The notes below the pieces were generated by a model that saw only the letters and a list, made by a program, of their open reading frames with translations, made no database searches and was not told where the DNA came from. This document shows positions 16,025 through 22,441 of a DNA stretch of 22,441 bases, one piece after another. This DNA is from Breznakia sp. PF5-3 (GTDB taxonomy: Bacteria; Bacillota_I; Bacilli_A; Erysipelotrichales; Erysipelotrichaceae): positions 1 through 22,441 of the forward strand of contig NZ_JAQFIQ010000037.1 of assembly GCF_029504745.1 (NCBI RefSeq), read 5' to 3'. The translations under genes and the position numbers were made by a program. The stretch's first letter is position 1. Each line of letters starts with the position of its first letter.

Positions 16025-17310
16025 AAACATTTGCGATTGCAACACTTGGATGTAAAGTGAATGCTTATGAATCTGAGAGCTATATTCAAGGTCTTGAACA
16101 GTTGGGATATGAAGAGATTGATTTTAAAGAATCAGCAGATGTTTACATTATAAATACTTGTGCGGTAACAAATACGGCTGCTTCTAAATCGAGGCAAAAA
16201 ATAAACCAAGCTAAAAAACGAAATGCAGATGCTGTGATTTGTGTAGTAGGTTGTTATGTACAGGCGAGTGTTGATGCAAAGAAACTTGATGTAGATGTTT
16301 TAATTGGTAGTTCTCATAAAAATGAGTTACCTAGTTTGATTCATGAAGCATTGATGCAAAAAACAAAATCAATTTTTATTGAAGATATTTCTAATGTTGA
16401 TGAATTTGAAGAAATTAATGTGAGACATTTTCATCATCGTACACGTGCTTTTTTAAAAATTCAAGATGGATGTAATCAATATTGTAGTTATTGTATTATT
16501 CCATTTGCCAGAGGAAAAGAAAGATCAATGCCTTTGGAAAAAGCAATTATTTCCGCACAAAAATTAGTTAATAGTGGACACCATGAAATTGTCCTCACTG
16601 GTATTCATACCGGACGGTATGGAAATCATAAAGAAAATTTATTAGAACTTCTAAAAGCTATGGTAAAGATTGAAGGGTTAGATAGAATTCGCATTTCTTC
16701 TATTGAAATAAATGAAATAAGTGATGATTTAATTGCCTTTATTGCAAATAATAAAAAAATTGCTAATCATTTACACATTCCAATTCAATCAGGTAGTGAT
16801 GAAATTTTACGACGGATGAACCGACCATCGATGAGTACTTATTTCAAAGAAAGGGTTGCTTTAATTCGAAAGATGATTCCTCATATATCAATAAGTAGCG
16901 ATATTATTATAGGGTTTCCAGGGGAAAGTGACAAACACTTTGAAGAAACTTTGTTGACTCTACAAGAAATAGAGTTTTCGTTTTTACATGTTTTTCCTTT
17001 TTCTAAACGCGATGGAACAAAAGCAGAAAAACTTAGTGGTCATCTGCCAAATGATGTAAAGAAGAAAAGATGTCAGGAAGTATCTTTTTTATCAGAAAAA
17101 CATTATAATAGGTATATTGCTTCTTTTATCAATCATGATGTTGAAGTATTGTTTGAATATGAAAAAGATGGGTATTGGTATGGACATACAAGTGAATATA
17201 TATTAACCCGTGTGAAGAGTACGAATGATTTATCTAACAAAGTATATACTGTGTTTATAAAGGGAAATGATGAAGACAAATTATGGGGAGAATTAGGAGG
17301 TATATCATGA
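16021..17310 (+). CDS. mtaB: tRNA (N6-threonylcarbamoyladenosine37-C2)-methylthiotransferase MtaB (radical SAM, MiaB-like)
   Basis: UPF0004 domain cysteines (LGCKVN, INTCAVT, VVGCY), a radical-SAM CNQYCSYC cluster, and a C-terminal TRAM-like segment. Its position next to rsmE matches B. subtilis yqeU-yqeV. Confidence 0.88.
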   Translation: MKTFAIATLGCKVNAYESESYIQGLEQLGYEEIDFKESADVYIINTCAVTNTAASKSRQKINQAKKRNADAVICVVGCYVQASVDAKKLDVDVLIGSSHKNELPSLIHEALMQKTKSIFIEDISNVDEFEEINVRHFHHRTRAFLKIQDGCNQYCSYCIIPFARGKERSMPLEKAIISAQKLVNSGHHEIVLTGIHTGRYGNHKENLLELLKAMVKIEGLDRIRISSIEINEISDDLIAFIANNKKIANHLHIPIQSGSDEILRRMNRPSMSTYFKERVALIRKMIPHISISSDIIIGFPGESDKHFEETLLTLQEIEFSFLHVFPFSKRDGTKAEKLSGHLPNDVKKKRCQEVSFLSEKHYNRYIASFINHDVEVLFEYEKDGYWYGHTSEYILTRVKSTNDLSNKVYTVFIKGNDEDKLWGELGGIS

Positions 17311-18767
17311 GGTTATCAAGTGTATTTGAAGGTGCGCCAAGTATTGTAATTAAAGGGCTTTATACAGATTCGCGAAAAGTAAGTGAACACGGAATGTTTT
17401 TTTGTCTTGATGGAATTATTACAAATGGACATAAATATATAAAACAAGCTATCAAAAACGGAGCAGTATGCATTGTACATAGTGAGAATTTAAAATCATT
17501 TGTGGATGATGTTGTGTATATTAAAGTAGAGAGTGTTGTAAAGACATTAAATCAAGTCGTTTCAAAATATTACGATTATCCAAGTGAAAAAATGTTGGTC
17601 TTTGGTGTTACTGGGACAAATGGAAAAAGTACGGTTACCAACATTATTAAAAATATTTATGATCATTTTGAACCTTGCGGATATATAGGAACGATTTCAA
17701 TTGAATATAAAGATGTAAGACGTCCACCTGATTTAACAACCCCAGATCCTATTTATTTGAATGAAACATTAGCTGATATGGTAAACGATGATGTAAAAGC
17801 AGTTGCTTTAGAAGTGAGTTCTCATGGTTTAGCGCAAGAGAGAGTGGATGTGGTTGATTTTGATATTGCCGTATTTACCAATTTCACATATGATCATTTA
17901 GATTTTCATGGGACGATTGAAAATTATTTTGCAGCAAAAAAGAAATTGTTTTTGAATTTAAAAGCAGAAGGAATAAGCGTTTTAAATATAGATGATGAAA
18001 AGTATGATGATTTACGTACTGCTCCAGCAGGAAAAGTTGTAACCTATGGGATTCAACACGAATGTGATTATCAAGCAAGTAGTTTAGAGTTGTCTATGGA
18101 TGGGACAAAATTTAATTTACTTCATGGTGGTAAAGTATACCCAGTGAAAACAAATCTAATTGCCGAGTATAACATTTATAATTTACTAGCGGCGATTGCA
18201 AGTATTGTGGAGAGTGGGATACCAATTGAAGAGGTTATGCAACACGTAAGTCATATTCGCCAGATAGAGGGGCGTCTTGAAATTATCGATGAAGGACAAC
18301 CCTTTAATGTAATTGTTGATTTTGCACATACGCCAGATGGTTTGGAAAAAATATATGAATTTGCAACAACAATTACAGATGAATCAAGTAATATCATCAG
18401 TGTTTTTGGAAGTGCAGGTCGTAGGGATAGTGCTAAACGTAAAGTGTTTGGTGAGATAGCAAGTAAGTATTGTGATATGATTATTCTTACTGAAGATGAC
18501 CCTCGTGATGAAAGTGCTAAGGATATTGCAGATGAAATAAAATCAGGCATTGATGTAGGTGTTCGAAATATTTTCATTGAAGATCGCTATGCAGCAATTA
18601 GGCAAGCAGTTGAACAAGCTAATAGTGGCGATACAATTTTAATTTTAGGAAAAGGTGATGAACCGTTTATATATCGTGAAAATGGACGAGCTCCATGGAT
18701 GGGGGATCATAAGGCAGCAATAGATACAATTCGAAAATATTATTTAGGTACAGAAATCGAAGAATAG
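17307..18767 (+). CDS. murE: UDP-N-acetylmuramoyl-L-alanyl-D-glutamate--diamino acid ligase MurE
   Basis: Mur ligase P-loop GVTGTNGKST, with SSHGL, HTPDGLEK and GSAGRRD motifs, and DDPR at 18495-18506. ATG 17307 lies 6 nt after AGGAGG (17295-17300) and overlaps the mtaB stop (ATGA). The track start 17283 is an over-extension. Confidence 0.92.
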   Translation: MRLSSVFEGAPSIVIKGLYTDSRKVSEHGMFFCLDGIITNGHKYIKQAIKNGAVCIVHSENLKSFVDDVVYIKVESVVKTLNQVVSKYYDYPSEKMLVFGVTGTNGKSTVTNIIKNIYDHFEPCGYIGTISIEYKDVRRPPDLTTPDPIYLNETLADMVNDDVKAVALEVSSHGLAQERVDVVDFDIAVFTNFTYDHLDFHGTIENYFAAKKKLFLNLKAEGISVLNIDDEKYDDLRTAPAGKVVTYGIQHECDYQASSLELSMDGTKFNLLHGGKVYPVKTNLIAEYNIYNLLAAIASIVESGIPIEEVMQHVSHIRQIEGRLEIIDEGQPFNVIVDFAHTPDGLEKIYEFATTITDESSNIISVFGSAGRRDSAKRKVFGEIASKYCDMIILTEDDPRDESAKDIADEIKSGIDVGVRNIFIEDRYAAIRQAVEQANSGDTILILGKGDEPFIYRENGRAPWMGDHKAAIDTIRKYYLGTEIEE

Positions 18768-18799
18768 TCATAAAAAAAGCCTGTTTTGGTCAATAGTAT

Positions 18800-18828
18800 T
18801 TGCATTTTACATGTTTTTTATATATAAT
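18800..18828 (+). promoter_or_regulatory. Sigma-A type promoter for rpsU
   Basis: TTGCAT (18800-18805), a 17-nt spacer, then TATAAT (18823-18828). Confidence 0.65.
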
Positions 18829-18863
18829 ATCCATAGTGATTCAGAAGGGAGGGTAGAGTACCC

Positions 18864-19043
18864 ATGCCAAAAGTAGTTTTAAAAGAAAATGAAGTTCTTG
18901 ATGATGCTTTACGTCGTTTTAAACGTCAAGTTTCAAGAAATGGAACCCTTGCTGAGGCACGTAAACGTGAATTTTATGTAAAACCTGGAGTTCGCCGTAA
19001 GCTTAAGTCTGAGGCAGCTCGTAAAGCTCGTAGAGGGAAATAG
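18864..19043 (+). CDS. rpsU: 30S ribosomal protein S21
   Basis: Hand translation gives [59 protein letters not shown] (59 aa), a canonical S21. SD GGGAGGG (18848-18854). Missing from the ORF track, whose shortest listed ORF is 61 aa, so a length cutoff probably excluded it. Confidence 0.93.
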   Translation: MPKVVLKENEVLDDALRRFKRQVSRNGTLAEARKREFYVKPGVRRKLKSEAARKARRGK

Positions 19044-19053
19044 TTAATATTAT

Positions 19054-19086
19054 AAAAGCTTTAAAGATGATCTTTAAAGCTTTTTT
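19054..19086. terminator. Bidirectional intrinsic terminator shared by rpsU (+) and ispH (-)
   Basis: Perfect 14-bp stem AAAAGCTTTAAAGA / TCTTTAAAGCTTTT with loop TGA. A/T runs on both sides. It abuts the ispH stop (19085-19087). Confidence 0.8.
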
Positions 19087-19981
19087 ATAGAATTTTTTCA
19101 ATTTCAATAGATTGTAATGAATGTTTGTCATCTTCTAACCAAGAAATCACTTGATTCGTTAAATAGGTAGGGGTAGAAGCCCCTGAACTAATAGCAATTG
19201 ATTTGCTGTTCTGCAAATCAATCGTTAATAAATCATTGACATCATCAATAAGATAGACATTCTTAATTTTCTTTTCTTTTCCAATCTGAGCAAGTCTTGT
19301 TGAATTATTACTTGCTTTATCGCCAACGATAATAAGTGTGTCAACATCATGAAGATTTGCTATAGCTTCTTGACGTACACGCGTTGCACTACAGATTTCT
19401 TCAGCAAATACAGCATTTGGAAATTTAGCTTTGATTGCTTGGAATAAGTTGTTAATATCATACATTGACATTGTTGTCTGATTTGTAACTAATAATTTAT
19501 CGTATATTTCCATATCTTTGATATCAGCTTCATTTTGAATCAATGTAACATGTTCATTGTCATCGCAAATTGCACTTGCTTCTGGGTGATTCATTTTCCC
19601 AATATAGAGAATATGGTAACCTTGTTTAATATAAGAATCAACAAGTGATTGAGTTTTTAATACATCTGGACAAGTAGCATCAACAACAGTAAGTCCTTTT
19701 TCTAAAGCCCGCTTTTTTATCTTTGGATGTATTCCATGAGCGGTGAAGATAACGACTCCATGATCAATCATTTCAATTAATTCAGAGCGGCTTTTGTTTT
19801 TATCGTTCAAAGTAATAATTCCATATGTTTTTAATGCTTCAATGACATATGTATTGTGTACTAACATACCTAATATATATATTGGTTGATTGGGGTATTG
19901 TTTTACTGTTTCCTTAGCAATATTGATTGCACGTATAACACCTTTACAATATCCTCTAGGTTTAACTTTAAGTATTTTCAT
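19085..19981 (-). CDS. ispH: 4-hydroxy-3-methylbut-2-enyl diphosphate reductase IspH/LytB (MEP pathway)
   Basis: Three cluster cysteines in context (PRGYCKGV, DATCPDV, EICSATRVRQ), plus TAHG, NQTT, SNNSTRL and SSGASTP. True start is MKILKV at 19981, preceded by GAGGAG (reverse complement of 19986-19991). The 36-codon track extension to 20089 runs through the promoter region. Confidence 0.92.
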   Translation of the reverse strand: MKILKVKPRGYCKGVIRAINIAKETVKQYPNQPIYILGMLVHNTYVIEALKTYGIITLNDKNKSRSELIEMIDHGVVIFTAHGIHPKIKKRALEKGLTVVDATCPDVLKTQSLVDSYIKQGYHILYIGKMNHPEASAICDDNEHVTLIQNEADIKDMEIYDKLLVTNQTTMSMYDINNLFQAIKAKFPNAVFAEEICSATRVRQEAIANLHDVDTLIIVGDKASNNSTRLAQIGKEKKIKNVYLIDDVNDLLTIDLQNSKSIAISSGASTPTYLTNQVISWLEDDKHSLQSIEIEKIL

Positions 19982-20000
19982 AAGGCTCCTCTTGCATATA

Positions 20001-20030
20001 ATTATAATCAGAAAATACGAAGAAGTCCAA
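20001..20030 (-). promoter_or_regulatory. Candidate ispH promoter
   Basis: The minus strand reads TTGGAC (reverse complement of 20025-20030), an 18-nt spacer, then TATAAT (reverse complement of 20001-20006). This implies a very short leader. Confidence 0.4.
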
Positions 20031-20056
20031 ACAATTACAAATGAGGAACACTTTTT

Positions 20057-20085
20057 TTGAAAAACACTTACGACTAAGATATAAT
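20057..20085 (+). promoter_or_regulatory. Sigma-A type promoter for the DEAD-box helicase and nfo operon
   Basis: TTGAAA (20057-20062), a 17-nt spacer, then TATAAT (20080-20085), 21 nt before the start codon. Confidence 0.6.
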
Positions 20086-20106
20086 ACATAAAGAAAGAGG
20101 TAGACT

Positions 20107-21468
20107 ATGACTACAAATTTTAATAATTATAATTTAAAAGATTATACAAATAAATTTATTGAATTAAATTACTTTCAAGAGCCTACAAAAATTCAAGAGA
20201 AAGTAATTCCTTTGGCGCTTAAGCAAAAAGATGTAATAGGTGTTTCGCAAACGGGTACTGGAAAGACACATGCTTTTTTAATTCCTATATTAAATCAAAT
20301 TGATGTTGAAAAAGATCAGGTCCAAGCAATTATTACTGCACCAACCCGTGAACTTGCATTACAAATATATACCAAAGCTTTAGATATGCAAAAAGCACTT
20401 GGAAAATTACGTATTAAGTTAATTACAGGTGGTATTGAAAAAACAAAAATGAGCAGCCAATTAAAGCGTCAACCACATATTGTAATTGGTACTCCAGGAA
20501 GAATGCGTGATTTATTTTTGGATGATAAAAGTTTATTGTTGCAAAATGCAAAAATGTTAGTGATTGACGAAGCGGATATGACAATGGAGTATGGATTTTT
20601 AGAAGATATTGATCAAATATGTTCTAGAATGAAAAAACCACAGATGATGTCTTTTTCTGCAACAATACCAGAACAACTCCGTTTATTTTTGAAGAAGTAT
20701 ATGGTTCATCCAGAAATGGTAGAAGTAAAAGATGATAAAAAATTCAAGCCAAGAATAGAACATATTTTAATCCCTTGTAAACATTTCTCTTATGAAGATC
20801 AACTGATGAAACTGTTGCCAACATTCAATCCATATTTATGTTTGATTTTTGCAAATACTAGAACTGTGTGCTCAGAAGTGGCTAAACGCATGCGAGATGA
20901 AGGCTATGGTGTTATTGAATTACATGGTGATTTAACAAGCAGAGAACGTCGTAGTGCAATGAAAGATTTAGGGAATTTAAAAGAGAAATATATCGTTGCT
21001 AGTGATATCGCAGCGCGTGGAATTGATATTGATGGTGTTAGTCATGTAGTTTCACTTGGCTTTCCAAAAGAATTAGATTTTTATATTCATCGCTCTGGAA
21101 GAACAGGACGAGCAGGAAATGAGGGTATTTGTTTTGCTCTTTATAATACTGGGGACGAAGGAAGTATAAAACAACTTCAAAATAAAGGAATTCATTTTTT
21201 ACACCAAAGAATTGTAGGAAGTGATCGTTATGATTTAAAGCCTGTTTTCTATAAACGCAAACGTGGAGAGGATCCATTAGAAAAAGAAGTTAGCAAAATT
21301 GTAAATAATAAAAAGGTAAAGGTAAAGCCTGGATATAAAAAGAAGCGAAAAGCAAAAGTGGATCAATTAAAAAGGAAAGCAAAAAGACAAATGGTTCAAA
21401 GTGAAATAAAAAAACAAGCAAAAGAAAAAGCAAAGGCTCGACAACGAGCAAAACGAGGTGAAGAATGA
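20107..21468 (+). CDS. cshB: DEAD-box ATP-dependent RNA helicase (CshB-like) with a Lys/Arg-rich C-terminal tail
   Basis: Q-motif region FQEPTKIQ, motif I SQTGTGKTHAF, Ia PTRELA, II VIDEAD, III SAT, and VI HRSGRTGRAG. The basic tail runs from about KRKRGEDPLEK to the end. Adjacent to nfo, as in B. subtilis yqfR-yqfS. Confidence 0.88.
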   Translation: MTTNFNNYNLKDYTNKFIELNYFQEPTKIQEKVIPLALKQKDVIGVSQTGTGKTHAFLIPILNQIDVEKDQVQAIITAPTRELALQIYTKALDMQKALGKLRIKLITGGIEKTKMSSQLKRQPHIVIGTPGRMRDLFLDDKSLLLQNAKMLVIDEADMTMEYGFLEDIDQICSRMKKPQMMSFSATIPEQLRLFLKKYMVHPEMVEVKDDKKFKPRIEHILIPCKHFSYEDQLMKLLPTFNPYLCLIFANTRTVCSEVAKRMRDEGYGVIELHGDLTSRERRSAMKDLGNLKEKYIVASDIAARGIDIDGVSHVVSLGFPKELDFYIHRSGRTGRAGNEGICFALYNTGDEGSIKQLQNKGIHFLHQRIVGSDRYDLKPVFYKRKRGEDPLEKEVSKIVNNKKVKVKPGYKKKRKAKVDQLKRKAKRQMVQSEIKKQAKEKAKARQRAKRGEE

Positions 21469-22325
21469 TAATTGGATCTCATGTATCAATGAGTGCTCCT
21501 GACTTTGTGTTAGGAAGCGTTAATGAAGCATTGTCTTATAATGCAACAGCAATGATGATTTATAGTGGTGCACCACAAAATACGAGGCGACAGCCAATTG
21601 AAAAAATGCATATTGAAGAAGCACAAAAGGTAATGAAAGAACATAATATACCAATGGAACACATGATTATTCACGCTCCATATATTATAAACTTAGCAAA
21701 TACAATCAAACCTGAAACATATGAAATTGCAGTAGAATTTCTTACAAAAGAACTTAAACGTGTTGAGGCGATTGGCGCAAAATATTTGGTATTGCACCCA
21801 GGAAGTCATGTGAAAGCTGGTGAGGATATAGGTCTAAAGCAGATTGTGAAAGGTTTAAATGAAGCAATGAAAGATATGAAAGACTCATATATTGCTTTAG
21901 AAACAATGGCTGGAAAAGGAAGTGAACTTGGATATACATTTGAACAATTGAAATATATAATTGATCATTGTGAGTATAGCGACAAGCTACGAGTGTGCAT
22001 GGATACATGTCATATGAATGATGCAGGGTATAATGTCTCTAATTTTGATGTATTGTTAGATGAATTTGATAGTGTAATTGGATTAGAGCGGTTAGTATGT
22101 ATTCATTTAAATGATTCTAAAAATGTAAGAGGAGCAAAAAAAGATCGCCACGCCAACCTTGGTCATGGCGAAATCGGATTTGATACATTGTGTGCAATTG
22201 CTAATAATGAGCGAATTGCGCATGTCGTAAAGATTCTTGAAACACCATATATTGATGGAAAACCTCCATATAAAGAAGAAATAGAAATGTTAAGAACCGA
22301 GAAATACATTAATATAGTAGACTAA
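21465..22325 (+). CDS. nfo: Endonuclease IV (AP endonuclease Nfo)
   Basis: IGSHVS, HAPYIINLA, LVLHPGSH, LETMAGKGSE, CMDTCH, IHLNDSK and DRHANLGHGEIGF metal-ligand motifs. The start overlaps the helicase stop (ATGA, 21465-21468). Confidence 0.95.
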   Translation: MIIGSHVSMSAPDFVLGSVNEALSYNATAMMIYSGAPQNTRRQPIEKMHIEEAQKVMKEHNIPMEHMIIHAPYIINLANTIKPETYEIAVEFLTKELKRVEAIGAKYLVLHPGSHVKAGEDIGLKQIVKGLNEAMKDMKDSYIALETMAGKGSELGYTFEQLKYIIDHCEYSDKLRVCMDTCHMNDAGYNVSNFDVLLDEFDSVIGLERLVCIHLNDSKNVRGAKKDRHANLGHGEIGFDTLCAIANNERIAHVVKILETPYIDGKPPYKEEIEMLRTEKYINIVD

Positions 22326-22328
22326 AAA

Positions 22329-22346
22329 AAGCATCTGAGGATGCTT
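22329..22346. terminator. Hairpin after nfo with the run on the 'wrong' side (A-run before, no T-run after)
   Basis: AAGCATC-TGAG-GATGCTT. On the minus strand a T7 run follows it; on the plus strand GAGTGTG follows. The shape therefore fits a minus-strand terminator better than an nfo terminator. Confidence 0.35.
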
Positions 22347-22349
22347 GAG

Positions 22350-22374
22350 TGTGTAAATAAATCTGTGTAAATAA
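22350..22374 (+). repeat. Tandem 11-bp direct repeat TGTGTAAATAA x2 (14-bp period)
   Basis: Identical copies at 22350-22360 and 22364-22374. Confidence 0.6.
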
Positions 22375-22375
22375 G

Positions 22376-22417
22376 AAATCTTTCCGTGATATGATAAAAG
22401 AAACGGAGAGATTTTTT
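22376..22417 (+). terminator. Terminator-like hairpin whose 3' arm contains the SD of the next putative gene
   Basis: AAATCTTTCCGT (22376-22387) pairs with ACGGAGAGATTT (22403-22414): 12 bp including one U-G, with a 15-nt loop. The T-run extends to 22417. GGAGAG (22405-22410) lies 9 nt before ATG 22420. The loop holds TGaTATGAT (22387-22395). Confidence 0.45.
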
Positions 22418-22419
22418 AT

Positions 22420-22441
22420 ATGAAAACAAAAAACAACAAAA
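22420..22441 (+). CDS. Possible 5' end of a CDS (MKTKNNK...), truncated by the window edge
   Basis: An ATG with GGAGAG 9 nt upstream. Only 7 codons are visible, and a convergent minus-strand gene is not excluded. Confidence 0.3.

Noticed and set aside
17884-18577. Minus-strand ORFs inside murE (17884-18078, 18251-18577)
   Set aside because: These are shadow frames of murE, and the 108-aa one is Ser-rich low complexity.
19982-20089. 36-codon N-terminal extension of the ispH track ORF
   Set aside because: The extension is hydrophobic junk running through the divergent promoter region. MKILKVKPRGYCKG at 19981 has a GAGGAG SD and is the canonical IspH N-terminus.
21038-22008. Minus-strand ORFs inside the helicase (21038-21277) and nfo (21754-22008)
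   Set aside because: They are antisense to genes with complete motif sets and have no translation signals.
1-22441. Alternative genetic code (Mollicutes-like TGA=Trp), considered because of the low GC and compact layout
   Set aside because: All conserved genes are intact under the standard code. TGA serves as the stop of orf252, mtaB and the helicase at ATGA coupling junctions.

Overview
This is a low-GC Bacillota-type chromosomal window, packed almost entirely with housekeeping genes. Nineteen of 21 complete CDS are on the + strand. Order: Mef-like MFS transporter; Ala-specific T-box leader with alaS; ireB-like, ruvX, DUF1292, mltG; greA; Na/Pi cotransporter (-); exoA/xth and a HAD phosphatase; ruvA-ruvB; scpA-scpB-rluB; a lone MarR regulator; rsmE, an unrecognisable 252-aa ORF, mtaB, murE (tightly coupled); rpsU (59 aa, absent from the ORF track); ispH (-); a DEAD-box helicase and nfo. 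Several blocks match my recollection of Bacillus subtilis neighbourhoods (alaS-yrzL-yrrK-yrzB-yrrL, ypuG-ypuH-rluB, yqeU-yqeV, yqfP-cshB-nfo), here joined in a compact arrangement. I found no tRNA or rRNA, CRISPR array, transposase or integrase, phage gene, or recognisable defence or toxin module. I therefore cannot support an obvious novel multi-gene system. The best novelty candidate is the AT-rich orphan ORF at 15266-16024, translationally coupled into the rsmE-mtaB RNA-modification operon. Secondary items are small regulatory structures: the T-box, an internal terminator-like hairpin after ruvX, repeated inverted repeats in the Na/Pi-exoA divergent region, a 14-bp palindrome after alaS, and a repeat and hairpin cluster at the right edge. 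Five track ORFs carry N-terminal over-extensions that I trimmed using Shine-Dalgarno spacing: MFS, alaS, DUF1292, murE and ispH. The Na/Pi transporter and ruvB starts were also moved a few nt by the same logic.
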